From: an uncultured Pelagibacteraceae bacterium
Lineage (GTDB): Bacteria > Pseudomonadota > Alphaproteobacteria > Pelagibacterales > Pelagibacteraceae
Reading direction: 5' to 3'
DNA: 64,000 nt
NCBI GenBank assembly: GCA_902595565.1
Contig: CACJQO010000004.1
Span: 6,847 to 70,846 of the forward strand
Shown: one piece after another, positions 30,366-41,135 of the stretch
How the letters are laid out: every line of letters begins with the position of its first letter
Numbering within the stretch: position 1 is the stretch's first letter
Position numbers and translations under genes: made by a program
Notes under the pieces: generated by a model
Told to the model about the DNA's origin: nothing
Seen by the model: the letters and a program-made list of their open reading frames with translations, nothing else
The model's database searches: none

Positions 30366-31040
30366 ATGATAAAAAATATATCAAATCTTGGTGACGCAGC
30401 TTTGTATTGTGATTTTGGGTCTGAGGTAAACCAAGAAATAAATAGTAAAGTAATACGATATTTTAAAAGTATTCAAAAAGAAAATATTGATGGGATCAAT
30501 AACTTAACTCCCTCATATAATAAATTAATTATTTCATTCGATCTAAGAAAAAAAAATTTTCAAACAATCAAAAAATTAATCGAAAATTTAAATGTTACAA
30601 ATGATGATGCATTAGAGAGTAATAAAATTAAGATACCTGTTTGTTGTGATGAAAATTTTTCATTAGATATAAAAAGATTAGAGGAAAAGTTACAAATAAC
30701 TCGTGATAAAATTTATGAGAAATTTTTTGGTAAGGAATTTTTTTGTTACATGACTGGTTTTATTGCAGGTATGCCTTTTCTGGGTGATCTGGAAAATGAG
30801 CTGCAAGCAAAACGTTTGGAAACACCAAGAGTAAAAGTGCCCAAGGGTTCGGTTGGATTAACAGAACAATTTGCAAATGTTTATACATTTGAAAGCCCTG
30901 GTGGGTGGAATATCATTGGAAATACACCACAAGTTATTTTTGATAGCTCTAATGAGAATAATCCAAATTTAATTAATCCAGGTGATGTAGTTACTTTCGA
31001 GCAAATTACTAAAGATCAATATTACAATAACAATGAATAA
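30366..31040 (+). CDS. pxpB: 5-oxoprolinase subunit B
   Basis: GDAAL, GFIAGMPFL, PRVKVPKGSVG, SPGGWNIIG. Confidence 0.93.
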   Translation: MIKNISNLGDAALYCDFGSEVNQEINSKVIRYFKSIQKENIDGINNLTPSYNKLIISFDLRKKNFQTIKKLIENLNVTNDDALESNKIKIPVCCDENFSLDIKRLEEKLQITRDKIYEKFFGKEFFCYMTGFIAGMPFLGDLENELQAKRLETPRVKVPKGSVGLTEQFANVYTFESPGGWNIIGNTPQVIFDSSNENNPNLINPGDVVTFEQITKDQYYNNNE

Positions 31041-31977
31041 AAATTATTTTGAAATAAAAAGAGCTGGAATAAACACAACATTTCAAGATCAAGGTAGAGA
31101 CTATCTTTATCATATTGGTATTCCATTTAGTGGAGCAATGGATAATAGAAATTTTCAAATTTCTAACAAACTTGTTGGTAATGAAGTAAATTTTCCAATA
31201 ATTGAATTTGCCTATCAAGGTCCTTTGTTTAAGTATTTTGGTGAAAAGATTAATTTTGCAATTACGGGAGATGTAAAATTTATAATTAGAAAAAAAAATA
31301 ATGCTATCGAAGGAAATTGTTACCAATCTTTCACTTTAGAAAATGGTGATGAATTGGATATTATAAGTACTAATAAATCTGTTTATGGATATTTAGCAGT
31401 AAGTGGTGAATTTGATGTAAATTATCAATGGTCAAGTTGCTCTGTTAACACAAAAGCAAACATAGGTGCAAATAATGGAAAAAAAATAGAAGATGGACAA
31501 AAGATTTATATTTCAAATATCAATAAAAATTTAAGTGATAAAAAATTAAATTACATTAATACAAAAATTGAAAATATCAGAGTTATCCAAGGGACAAATT
31601 TTGACTATTTTTCTGATGAAGGAAAAAAAATTTTTTTTGAGAAAGAATTTGTAATATCAAAATTATCAGATCGTATGGGTATGAGACTAGAGGGACCAAA
31701 AATAGAAAATATTGTTGATACCAATATTAAATCGGAAGGTTTATTAAAAGGTGTTATTCAAGTACCTGCAGATGGAAATCCGATTATTATGCTTTCAGAT
31801 CATGGCACTATTGGGGGTTATCCTAAAATAGGAGTTGTGATCAGCGCAGATTATGACAAGTTAGTTCAATTAACCCCAGGTTCAAAGATTAAATTTAAAA
31901 AAGTCGAATTAGCTGATGCAGAAACATTATTTAAACTATATGACTTGGAGACACAAAATTTAATTTCACAAATTTAA
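31033..31977 (+). CDS. pxpC: 5-oxoprolinase subunit C
   Basis: TTFQDQGR, SGAMD, SDRMGMRL, IQVPADG, TIGGYPK. Confidence 0.93.
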   Translation: MNKNYFEIKRAGINTTFQDQGRDYLYHIGIPFSGAMDNRNFQISNKLVGNEVNFPIIEFAYQGPLFKYFGEKINFAITGDVKFIIRKKNNAIEGNCYQSFTLENGDELDIISTNKSVYGYLAVSGEFDVNYQWSSCSVNTKANIGANNGKKIEDGQKIYISNINKNLSDKKLNYINTKIENIRVIQGTNFDYFSDEGKKIFFEKEFVISKLSDRMGMRLEGPKIENIVDTNIKSEGLLKGVIQVPADGNPIIMLSDHGTIGGYPKIGVVISADYDKLVQLTPGSKIKFKKVELADAETLFKLYDLETQNLISQI

Positions 31978-32855
31978 TGACTTTTATAAGAAACTTACCC
32001 GGACCACTATTAATTTTTTTAGGTGCATTAAGTTTAAGTTTTGGTGGATTGATTGTAAAATCTTTTGAGGGAGCTACATTATGGCAAATTCTATTTTGGA
32101 GATCTTTATTTTTTTCTTTAACAGTTCTAGCTTTCTTAATTATTAGTTATAGAGGAAAAACAATTGAATCGTTTTATAAGTCCGGATTACCGGGATTTGT
32201 TGGTGGAATTATTTTATCTTTTGGTTTTTGTGGATATGTGTTTGCTATGTACAATACCACTGTTGCCAATACTAATTTTATCATTTCACTACAAATACTA
32301 TTTCTTGCAATATTCGGGTATTTTTTCCTTAAGGAAAAAATAAATTTAATTACTCTTTTTTCAATCTGTCTGGCGATGACAGGTGTTTTATTAATGGTTG
32401 GCAATTCATTATCTCCTGGAGAATTATCTGGAAATCTTGCAGCTTTTACAATGCCAATTACTTTTGCAGTTTTAATAATGATTGTTAGAAAATTTCCCTC
32501 TGTGGATATGGTGCCCGCCCAGTTCGTTGCCGGCGTGAGTTCATGTTTAATTGGTTTTTTACTTTCTACTAAAATTATGATTTCTCCACATGATATCTTT
32601 TTGGGTTTTCTCGCAGGTTTTTTTCAAGTTGGTTTTGGTTTTATATTTATAACTATCGGCGCAAGAACTACACCATCTGCCATGGTAGGAATCATAATGT
32701 TATCCGAATCTGTCCTAGGACCGATATGGGCATTCCTTTTTGTAAGTGAAAGACCCTCTGTATTTGGATTAATTGGTGGCGCAATTATACTTTCTGCGGT
32801 TTTATTACAATTTTACTCGCTTTTAAGTAAACAAAAAAAAATTGTTTCTGATTGA
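31977..32855 (+). CDS. DMT/EamA family transporter
   Basis: About 10 TM helices; FLKEK and ESVLGPIW motifs; TAATG overlap with pxpC. Confidence 0.88.
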   Translation: MTFIRNLPGPLLIFLGALSLSFGGLIVKSFEGATLWQILFWRSLFFSLTVLAFLIISYRGKTIESFYKSGLPGFVGGIILSFGFCGYVFAMYNTTVANTNFIISLQILFLAIFGYFFLKEKINLITLFSICLAMTGVLLMVGNSLSPGELSGNLAAFTMPITFAVLIMIVRKFPSVDMVPAQFVAGVSSCLIGFLLSTKIMISPHDIFLGFLAGFFQVGFGFIFITIGARTTPSAMVGIIMLSESVLGPIWAFLFVSERPSVFGLIGGAIILSAVLLQFYSLLSKQKKIVSD

Positions 32856-32879
32856 CTTTTTTCCACACATGTAAGAATA

Positions 32880-33032
32880 TCCTGCCACGGGAGAGACTAC
32901 AGAATATCGTAGCGCCGAAGGAGCAACCACCCAGGAATCTCTCAGGCAAAAAGGACCGTAACATATTAACTCTGGAAAGAGATTTAATTCTCGCCGAAGG
33001 AGCAAAACTCTCAGGCAAATATACAGATGGGT
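32880..33032 (+). ncRNA. Tandem glycine riboswitch
   Basis: Two aptamers, GGAGAGAC..CGCCGAAGGAGCAA..CTCTCAGG..GGACCG and CTCTGGAAAGAG..CGCCGAAGGAGCAA..CTCTCAGG..ACAGA, directly upstream of gcvT. Boundaries are approximate. Confidence 0.95.
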
Positions 33033-33045
33033 ACAAAGAGTTAAT

Positions 33046-34149
33046 ATGGAAACAAAAAAAACATCGCTTTACCAATTACATCAAGATTGTAATGCAAAAT
33101 TTGTTGAATTTGCAGGCTATCAAATGCCGATACAATATTCGGAAGGTATTGTAGAAGAACACAAATTCACAAGAAATCACTCAGGTATCTTTGATGTTTC
33201 TCATATGGGTCAGCTATTCATTTATGGTGGTGAAGACTTAAGTAAAGATTTAGAAAAAATTTTTCCTTTAGATCTTAAAAATTTGAAATTAAATCATTCA
33301 AAATACAGCTTCTTAATGGACAAAGATGCTGGGATACATGATGATTTAATTATCACAAAAACAAATGAAGGCTTTTTGATAATCCTCAATGCAGCATGTA
33401 AAGATAATGACTTTAAAATTTTAAAAGAACTTCTTGAGGAGAAGTACAAAATGGTTCTGGATGAAAATAGATCTCTAATTGCCATTCAGGGTCCTAAATC
33501 ATCAGAAATTCTTAATGATGTTATTAATGGTGTGAAAGATCTAAATTTTATGTCTGGAAACTGGTTTACATTTGAAAATCAGAAAGTTTATATTACGCGA
33601 TCTGGTTATACGGGTGAAGACGGTTTTGAGATATCTATCGCAAATGATTTTGTCGACCAATTAACTAGAGAATTAATCAACAAAGGATCTAAATTGATAG
33701 GTCTTGGAGCAAGAGATACATTAAGATTGGAAGCAGGTTTATGTCTTTATGGTCATGATCTTGATAAAGACAAAACTCCAGTGGAAGCAAATTTAAAGTG
33801 GGCTATTTCAAAAGAAAGAATCTCTAAGGGAGATTTTATTGGCTCTGACATAATTATTAAACAATTAAATGATGGTGTCAGTAAAATAAGAGTTGGAATT
33901 AAACCTGAAGGCAGAATTATTGCTAGAGAAAAAACAAAAATATTTAATCAATCAGATGTTCATATTGGAGAAATCACAAGTGGTACATTTGGACCAAGTG
34001 TTAATGGACCTGTTGCAATGGGTTATGTGGAAAATGAATTTTCAAAAAAGAATACTAAAGTATTTTTAGAAGTCAGAGGAAAAAAACATCCTGCAAGTAT
34101 TTGCAGCTTACCATTTTATAAAAAAAGTTATGTCAAAGAGGTAAACTAA
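33046..34149 (+). CDS. gcvT: Glycine cleavage T protein
   Basis: [30 protein letters not shown]. Confidence 0.98.
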   Translation: METKKTSLYQLHQDCNAKFVEFAGYQMPIQYSEGIVEEHKFTRNHSGIFDVSHMGQLFIYGGEDLSKDLEKIFPLDLKNLKLNHSKYSFLMDKDAGIHDDLIITKTNEGFLIILNAACKDNDFKILKELLEEKYKMVLDENRSLIAIQGPKSSEILNDVINGVKDLNFMSGNWFTFENQKVYITRSGYTGEDGFEISIANDFVDQLTRELINKGSKLIGLGARDTLRLEAGLCLYGHDLDKDKTPVEANLKWAISKERISKGDFIGSDIIIKQLNDGVSKIRVGIKPEGRIIAREKTKIFNQSDVHIGEITSGTFGPSVNGPVAMGYVENEFSKKNTKVFLEVRGKKHPASICSLPFYKKSYVKEVN

Positions 34150-34529
34150 TGAGTGAAGTAAAATATTCAAAAGAGCACGAGTGGATTAAATTAGATGGAG
34201 ATGTTGCAACAATTGGTATCACAAAACATGCTACAGAGATGTTAGGTGATATAGTTTTTGCAGAACTTCCAGAAAAAGGTTCTAGCGTAGAGAAAGATGG
34301 TACAGCTGGTGTTGTAGAGTCAACGAAAGCTGCTAGCGACGTATATACCCCTGTGAGCGGTGAAGTGGTTGATACCAATCAAGCTATAGTAGATGATCCA
34401 TCAAAGATTAATCAAGACCCAGAGGACTCAGCGTGGTTTTTTAAACTAAAAATAAAAGATCCATCAGAAATGGATACTTTAATGAATAAAGACGATTACG
34501 ATAAATTTGCAAAGGAGACTTCAGCATAA
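34149..34529 (+). CDS. gcvH: Glycine cleavage H protein
   Basis: [18 protein letters not shown] lipoyl-Lys motif. Confidence 0.98.
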   Translation: MSEVKYSKEHEWIKLDGDVATIGITKHATEMLGDIVFAELPEKGSSVEKDGTAGVVESTKAASDVYTPVSGEVVDTNQAIVDDPSKINQDPEDSAWFFKLKIKDPSEMDTLMNKDDYDKFAKETSA

Positions 34530-37399
34530 TGTTACCAAATTCAGAAAAAGATTTTTTAAGAAGACATATTGGTCCTTCAAAAGAAGACCAATCAAAAATG
34601 TTAAAAGAATTAAATTATAAATCACTAGATGACTTGATTGACAATACTGTTCCAGAAAAAATAAAGTTTAAAGGTGAACTTAATATTGGTGATTCAAATT
34701 CAGAGTACGAGGCGTTAAGAAAATTACGAGCAATTTCGAAAAAAAATCAAGTTTACTCAAATTTTATTGGTATGGGTTATTATGGAACCTATACACCCTA
34801 TGTAATTTTAAGAAATATATTAGAAAATCCAGGTTGGTATACTTCCTATACACCTTATCAGCCTGAGGTAGCTCAAGGAAGACTAGAGATGTTATTAAAC
34901 TTTCAACAAATGATTGTTGACTTTACAGGGATGGATATTGCCAATGCATCTTTATTAGACGAAGGCACAGCAGCAGCAGAAGCCATGGGTTTAAGTCACA
35001 GATTGAATAAAAAAGATAGTAATTTAGTTTTTGTTTCTGAAGATTGTCACCCTCAAACAATAAATGTAATTCAAACAAGAGCTGAACCTATGGGTTTAAA
35101 GGTTTTAGTCGGCAAAGAAGATGAAGTTTTAGACCAGCTAAAAGAAGATTTAGTTTGTGGAATTTTACAATATCCAGGAACTTTAGGAGATATTAGAGAC
35201 CCAAGTGAAGCAATTAGCAAAATTCACAAAAAAAATGGGAAGGCGGTGTTAGCTTGTGATCTTTTAGCTCTAGCAAAATTAAAAACGCCGAGAGAACTTG
35301 GTGCCGATATTGCAGTTGGAAGCTCTCAAAGATTTGGTATTCCAATGGGATATGGAGGTCCACACGCAGCTTTTTTTGCTACGAAAGATGAGTTTAAAAG
35401 ATCAATGCCCGGAAGGATTGTTGGTGTATCAGTTGATAGACATGGTAATAAAGCATATAGATTATCATTACAAACTAGAGAGCAACATATCAGAAGAGAT
35501 AAGGCGACTAGTAATATTTGCACTGCCCAAGCTTTATTAGCAATTGTGTCAGCAGCTTATGCTATTTATCATGGTCCGGATGGAATTAAAAATATTTCGG
35601 AAAGAGTGTCTCAATTAGCAAAAAGTTTTGCTGATAAAATAAAACAATCTGGATACGAGCTTTATTCGAATAATTTTTTTGACACTGTAACGATTATTAC
35701 CAAAGAAAAGACTGATCAAATTTATAAGAATGCTCTGAATCAGAGAGTTAATATTCGAAAAGTAAATTCTGAAATGCTTGCGGTTTCATTTGATGAGAGA
35801 AAAAATGTATATAGAGTAAATCAACTATTAAAAATTTTTAATGCAGCAGAATCAATCAAAAAAGAAGATCCATCTGTAAGTTTACCTAATCTTCCAAAAA
35901 ATTTATTAAGAACTTCAAAATATTTAGAACATCCAGTTTTTAACTCATATCATTCCGAAACAGAAATGCTTAGATATTTAAAAAGATTAGAAGATAAAGA
36001 TATAGCATTGAATAGAACTATGATTGCACTTGGTTCTTGTACAATGAAATTAAATGCTGCTGCCGAAATGATCCCAATATCATGGAAAGAATTTGCAGAA
36101 CCTCATCCGTTTGTCCCAATTGAACAAATGGAAGGTTTTAGAGATTTATTTACTGATCTAAAAAATTGGTTGCGTTCTATAACTGGTTTTTCTGGTGTTT
36201 CTTTGCAACCTAATGCAGGTGCTCAAGGTGAGTATGCGGGCTTAATGGTTATCAGAAAGTATCATTTAGATAGAGGAGAGGCTAATCGGAATATATGTTT
36301 AATTCCAAGTTCAGCACATGGTACTAACCCAGCAAGTGCGCAAATGGTTGGAATGAAGGTGGTAGTTGTTAATTGTGATAAAGAGGGAAATGTTGATTTT
36401 GATGATTTAAAGAAAAAAGCTGAACAGCATTCAGAGAATCTTGGGGCACTAATGGTAACTTATCCATCTACCCATGGAGTATTTGAAGAAAAAATAACTG
36501 ATATCTGTGAGTTAGTTCACAAACATGGTGGACAAGTATATATGGATGGAGCAAATTTAAACGCCTTAGTTGGAGTTGCAAAGCCTGGAAATTTTGGTCC
36601 AGATGTCTGTCACATTAATTTACATAAAACATTTTGTATTCCACATGGCGGAGGAGGACCAGGTATGGGACCAATTGCTTGTAAAAGACATTTACAAGTT
36701 TATCTACCTAATCATCCAGTGATAAAAGATTGTGGACCAACATCTGGCATTGGAGCAGTCTCTGCAGCTCCTTGGGGTAGTTCAAGTATTCTTTCAATCT
36801 CTTGGATGTACATTAAAATGATGGGATCAGCAGGGTTAAAGCTTGCTACTGAAGTAGCAATATTAAATGCAAATTATATTGCTCATAGACTAAAAGATCA
36901 CTTTCCAATTTTGTATAAAGGATCAAATGGAAATGTTGCTCATGAATGTATAATTGATATTAGAAATATTAAATCAGAGACAGGAGTAACCGAAGAAGAT
37001 ATTGCAAAAAGATTAATAGATTATGGGTTTCATGCACCAACCATGTCATGGCCAGTAGCTGGTACAATGATGATAGAGCCAACTGAAAGCGAGGGCTTGT
37101 CAGAACTCGATAGATTTTGTGATACTTTAATTAAGATTAAAGAAGAAATTGAAAAAATTAAATCAGGTGAATTTGATAAAATAGATAATCCAATAAAAAA
37201 TGCTCCTCACACAGATAGTGAATTAGCTTCCGATGATTGGACACACAAATACTCAAGAGCAGAAGCTGCTTATCCAGCAAAATTCTTAAAAGCTAATAAA
37301 TTTTGGCCTCCAGTTGCAAGAGTTGATAATGTTTATGGTGATAAGAATATATTCTGTACTTGTCCAAGCATAGATGAATTTAAAGAAGATGCAGCTTAA
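34529..37399 (+). CDS. gcvP: Glycine dehydrogenase (P protein)
   Basis: YTPYQPE, TREQHIRR, ATSNICT, NLHKTF, PHGGGGPG. Confidence 0.99.
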   Translation: MLPNSEKDFLRRHIGPSKEDQSKMLKELNYKSLDDLIDNTVPEKIKFKGELNIGDSNSEYEALRKLRAISKKNQVYSNFIGMGYYGTYTPYVILRNILENPGWYTSYTPYQPEVAQGRLEMLLNFQQMIVDFTGMDIANASLLDEGTAAAEAMGLSHRLNKKDSNLVFVSEDCHPQTINVIQTRAEPMGLKVLVGKEDEVLDQLKEDLVCGILQYPGTLGDIRDPSEAISKIHKKNGKAVLACDLLALAKLKTPRELGADIAVGSSQRFGIPMGYGGPHAAFFATKDEFKRSMPGRIVGVSVDRHGNKAYRLSLQTREQHIRRDKATSNICTAQALLAIVSAAYAIYHGPDGIKNISERVSQLAKSFADKIKQSGYELYSNNFFDTVTIITKEKTDQIYKNALNQRVNIRKVNSEMLAVSFDERKNVYRVNQLLKIFNAAESIKKEDPSVSLPNLPKNLLRTSKYLEHPVFNSYHSETEMLRYLKRLEDKDIALNRTMIALGSCTMKLNAAAEMIPISWKEFAEPHPFVPIEQMEGFRDLFTDLKNWLRSITGFSGVSLQPNAGAQGEYAGLMVIRKYHLDRGEANRNICLIPSSAHGTNPASAQMVGMKVVVVNCDKEGNVDFDDLKKKAEQHSENLGALMVTYPSTHGVFEEKITDICELVHKHGGQVYMDGANLNALVGVAKPGNFGPDVCHINLHKTFCIPHGGGGPGMGPIACKRHLQVYLPNHPVIKDCGPTSGIGAVSAAPWGSSSILSISWMYIKMMGSAGLKLATEVAILNANYIAHRLKDHFPILYKGSNGNVAHECIIDIRNIKSETGVTEEDIAKRLIDYGFHAPTMSWPVAGTMMIEPTESEGLSELDRFCDTLIKIKEEIEKIKSGEFDKIDNPIKNAPHTDSELASDDWTHKYSRAEAAYPAKFLKANKFWPPVARVDNVYGDKNIFCTCPSIDEFKEDAA

Positions 37400-37405
37400 C
37401 AGTTA

Positions 37406-38644
37406 ATGAAGATTGCTGTTGTCGGCTCAGGCATATCAGGATTAAGCGCCGCATATTACTTATCAAAAAAACATCATGTAGATCTTTTCGAGAAGGAAGA
37501 TCGTTTCGGTGGTCACTCTCATACTATTGATTTATCGTTTGGTACAAAAAAAGTTCCTGTTGATATAGGTTTTATTGTTTTTAATTACGCAACTTACCCA
37601 AATTTAATAAATTTTTTTGAAGAGAATAATATTGCAATTGAAAAAAGCGATATGTCTTTTTCTGTATCAGTTGAAAAATCTTCATTCGAATATTGTGGTC
37701 GAGGATTAAATGGAATTTTTTCGAATAAGACTAATTTGTTTAATTTAAGATTTATCAAAATGTTTTTTGATATAATAAAGTTTTACAAAAAATGTGATAA
37801 TATAAAAAAAATTGATCAAGAGACTACACTTGGTGATTATTTGAATAAGGAAAATCTTTCAAAAGAGTTTATCAACTATCATTTGATACCGATGGTCTCA
37901 GCCATATGGTCAATGCCACCAAGTGCTGCCAGTCAAATGCCGTTAAGATTTTTCTTAAAGTTTTTCCAAAATCATGGTTTGTTTAAATTAAAAAATAGAC
38001 CTCAATGGTACACAGTCTCAAATCGGAGCAGAACTTATGTTCAAAATATTATTTCAAAAATCAGCGGTGAACATTTTAAAAACTATCCAATCAAGAAAAT
38101 TAAAACAAAAACAACAGGTATAGATTTATATTATGGAGGAGAAAGTGAATATTTTGGATACGATAAAGTTGTTTTAGCAACACATGCAGATGAAGCTTTA
38201 TCAATAATTGATAATCCAACTGACCAGGAAAAGAATGTGCTTTCAAATTATAAGTATAAGGAAAATATTGCTTATATTCATACCGATGAACAAGCTATGC
38301 CAAAAAATAAAAAAACTTGGTGCTCATGGAATTCATCAATTAAAAAGGATGAAATAGAAAAAAATTCAATTACATATTGGTTAAATTTATTACAAAACCT
38401 TAAATGTGATGAAAATATTTTTCTTACCTTAAATCCTTATTTTAAAATTGATGAGAAGAAAATTTTAAAAAAAGTAAGATTTACACATCCATATTTTGAT
38501 CAATCTGCACTTAATTTTCAAAGTCAGCTTAAAAATTTACAAAATAAAAGAAATATTCTTTATTGTGGTAGTTATTTTGGTTACGGTTTTCATGAAGATG
38601 GAATAAAATCATCTATTGAAATGCTCAAAACCCTTAATGACTAG
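37406..38644 (+). CDS. FAD/NAD-binding oxidoreductase (UfaD/RSP_1091-like candidate)
   Basis: GSGISGL, GGHSHT, DIGFIVFN..TYPNL, GYGFHEDG; sits upstream of DUF1365 and the cfa-like gene. Confidence 0.85.
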   Translation: MKIAVVGSGISGLSAAYYLSKKHHVDLFEKEDRFGGHSHTIDLSFGTKKVPVDIGFIVFNYATYPNLINFFEENNIAIEKSDMSFSVSVEKSSFEYCGRGLNGIFSNKTNLFNLRFIKMFFDIIKFYKKCDNIKKIDQETTLGDYLNKENLSKEFINYHLIPMVSAIWSMPPSAASQMPLRFFLKFFQNHGLFKLKNRPQWYTVSNRSRTYVQNIISKISGEHFKNYPIKKIKTKTTGIDLYYGGESEYFGYDKVVLATHADEALSIIDNPTDQEKNVLSNYKYKENIAYIHTDEQAMPKNKKTWCSWNSSIKKDEIEKNSITYWLNLLQNLKCDENIFLTLNPYFKIDEKKILKKVRFTHPYFDQSALNFQSQLKNLQNKRNILYCGSYFGYGFHEDGIKSSIEMLKTLND

Positions 38645-39395
38645 TTGTATATATAATGGCACTGTAATTCACAAAAGATTTAAACCAAAGATACATTTTT
38701 TTAAATACAGGGTATTTTCACTTTTAATTGATCTTTCTGAATTAGAAAAATTAGATAAAACAATTAGTTTTTTTTCATACAATAAATTTAATTTAGTAAG
38801 TTTTTTTGATAAAGACCATGGAGATAGAGATGGATCACTATTAATCGATTGGGTTAAAAAAAATCTTAATCAAAATAATATTAGTAGTGAAAATATTAAA
38901 ATTAAACTTTTATGTTACCCAAGAATCTTTGGATATGTTTTTAATCCATTAAGTGTTTTTTATGTGTACAATAATAACAATGATTTGATATCCATATTAT
39001 ATGAAGTCAAAAATACTTTTGGTGAGCAACACACTTATGTTTTCAAAGTAAAAAATGACAATTTATTGCAACACAATTGCGAGAAAAAATTTCATGTTTC
39101 ACCATTCATTGAAATGAATTGTAGTTATTTTTTTAGAATTTTAAAACCTGCAGATAAGATCTCAGTAATCATAGATCAATATCAATTAAACGAAAAAATA
39201 TTATATGCCTCTCAAGATGGGAAAAGAAAAGATTTTACAACTTCAGAGTTAATTAAATCTTATTTAAAACATCCCCTAATGACGTTTAAAATTATTGCAG
39301 CGATACATTTTGAAGCGTTTAAATTATGGACCAAAGGAATAAAGTTTATTCAAAAAAAATTGAAAATAAGAAACAACATATCTTTTGAAAATTAA
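38637..39395 (+). CDS. DUF1365 protein (UfaO/RSP_1090-like candidate)
   Basis: HKRFKP, PRIFGYVFNPLS, EVKNTFGE, KKFHVSPF, IHFEA. Confidence 0.9.
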   Translation: MTSCIYNGTVIHKRFKPKIHFFKYRVFSLLIDLSELEKLDKTISFFSYNKFNLVSFFDKDHGDRDGSLLIDWVKKNLNQNNISSENIKIKLLCYPRIFGYVFNPLSVFYVYNNNNDLISILYEVKNTFGEQHTYVFKVKNDNLLQHNCEKKFHVSPFIEMNCSYFFRILKPADKISVIIDQYQLNEKILYASQDGKRKDFTTSELIKSYLKHPLMTFKIIAAIHFEAFKLWTKGIKFIQKKLKIRNNISFEN

Positions 39396-40573
39396 TGTCC
39401 TTAAATAGACTTTCAGACAAACTGGTTTTTAACATATTAGCCGGAATAAATGTTGGATATCTAGAAATTACAAATTATCAAGGAGAAGTTTTTAAATTTG
39501 GAAATCCTCAGGATAATTTAAAAGCTAAATTGAAAATTAAAAAACCAAATTTTTCTTTTAATCTTATAAAGGGTGGCAGCATTGGTTTTGCTGAATCTTA
39601 CATGAGAGGGGAATTTGAAACTGATAATTTATCCAATCTCATTGAAATAACAGCTCGAAACATCAAAATCATATACAAGTTTTCAGGTTTACTCGATTTT
39701 CCAATTATAAATTTTTTAAAAGGGATCTTTATAAAAAATACAAAAAATAGAAGTAAGGAAAATATTGCAAAACATTATGACTTAGGAAATGATTTTTTTT
39801 CTTTATGGCTTGATGAAACCTTAACTTACTCAAGCGGAATTTTTAATGAGACCACTAAAGATCTTTCAGAGGCACAAAACAACAAATATCAAAAAATGAT
39901 AGATTTAATAAAACCAAACCATGGCGACAGGGTTTTAGAAATTGGATGTGGCTGGGGTGGTTTTGCAGAATATTTAGGAAAAAAATATGATGTAAAATTA
40001 GATTGTATTACTATTTCAAAAAAACAATTCGAATACGCAAAAAAAAGAATTCATAATTGTGGTTTAAATGAAAAAGTAAATATTGAAATAAAAGATTATA
40101 GAGATTTAAAGAATAAATATAATTCAATAGCCTCCATAGAAATGATTGAAGCTGTAGGGCAAAATTATTTGGAAAGTTATTTTAAAACTATTAAGAAAAA
40201 CCTTTCTACAGATGGTAGGGCAGCCATTCAAGCAATTACAATAGATGATAGTTTATTTGATAGATATAAAACGAAACAAGATTTTATTCAAAAATATATT
40301 TTTCCAGGAGGATTTTTGCCAAGTAAAAATAGCTTAAACAAATATGTTTCAGACAATGGTTTAACAATAAAGTCTTATGATTCATATGCTGATCATTATG
40401 CAAATACATTAGCTATTTGGAAAAATGAATTTAATAGAAAATGGGATCTTATTAAAAAACAAGGTTTTGATTTAACTTTTAAAAGAATGTGGGAGTTTTA
40501 CCTATCTTATTGTGAGGCTGGATTTAAATCGAAAAATATTGATCTGATACAATTTTCAATTCAAAATAAATAA
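39395..40573 (+). CDS. cfa: SAM-dependent fatty-acyl methyltransferase / cyclopropane synthase family (UfaM-like candidate)
   Basis: HYDLGNDFF, LEIGCGWG, SIEMIEAVG, YIFPGG, YLSYCEAGF. Confidence 0.9.
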   Translation: MSLNRLSDKLVFNILAGINVGYLEITNYQGEVFKFGNPQDNLKAKLKIKKPNFSFNLIKGGSIGFAESYMRGEFETDNLSNLIEITARNIKIIYKFSGLLDFPIINFLKGIFIKNTKNRSKENIAKHYDLGNDFFSLWLDETLTYSSGIFNETTKDLSEAQNNKYQKMIDLIKPNHGDRVLEIGCGWGGFAEYLGKKYDVKLDCITISKKQFEYAKKRIHNCGLNEKVNIEIKDYRDLKNKYNSIASIEMIEAVGQNYLESYFKTIKKNLSTDGRAAIQAITIDDSLFDRYKTKQDFIQKYIFPGGFLPSKNSLNKYVSDNGLTIKSYDSYADHYANTLAIWKNEFNRKWDLIKKQGFDLTFKRMWEFYLSYCEAGFKSKNIDLIQFSIQNK

Positions 40574-40586
40574 ATAACGGGGGCTT

Positions 40587-41135
40587 GTGAGCAAAATAAT
40601 AAACTTAAGATCAATTTTATTGATAATCTCTTTATTCTTAATTACAAACTGCTCAAATAATAGCGATATGAAACCAGAAGATTTTAAAGGTAAAGAACCG
40701 AGATTAATTATAGAAAATTACTTGTCAGGCAATGTTAAAGCTTGGGGAGTTCTTCAGAATAGATCTGGAAAAGTTACTAGACAATTTTCAGCAGATTTAG
40801 ATGGTAAGTGGGATGGCAAGCAATTAATTCTTGATGAAAAATTTAATTGGGATGATGGTGAAGTACAAACTAGACAATGGCAAATTACTAAAATAGACGA
40901 CAACAATTATGAGGGAACTGCTGGAGACGTAGTTGGTAAAGCCAGGGGATATTCATATGGTCCCGCATTTAAATTTGAGTATGTTTTATTAGTTCCAGTA
41001 AAAGGCAAAGAAATTAAGATTACTTTCGATGATTGGATTTTCAAACAGGACGATCGAGTAGCAATTAATAGAGCTACAATGACTAAATTTGGAATTAAAG
41101 TCGCTGAATTGACTGTAGTATTTGTAAAAGATTAA
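40587..41135 (+). CDS. DUF3833 lipoprotein
   Basis: Lipobox LITNC; AWG...RSG.V.RQF, GTAGDVVG, FDDWIF, KFGI. Confidence 0.85.
   Translation: MSKIINLRSILLIISLFLITNCSNNSDMKPEDFKGKEPRLIIENYLSGNVKAWGVLQNRSGKVTRQFSADLDGKWDGKQLILDEKFNWDDGEVQTRQWQITKIDDNNYEGTAGDVVGKARGYSYGPAFKFEYVLLVPVKGKEIKITFDDWIFKQDDRVAINRATMTKFGIKVAELTVVFVKD

Noticed and set aside
32785-33154. Three short ORFs (96, 60 and 100 aa) spanning the DMT-gcvT gap
   Set aside because: They overlie the glycine riboswitch, whose higher GC content explains the lack of stop codons.
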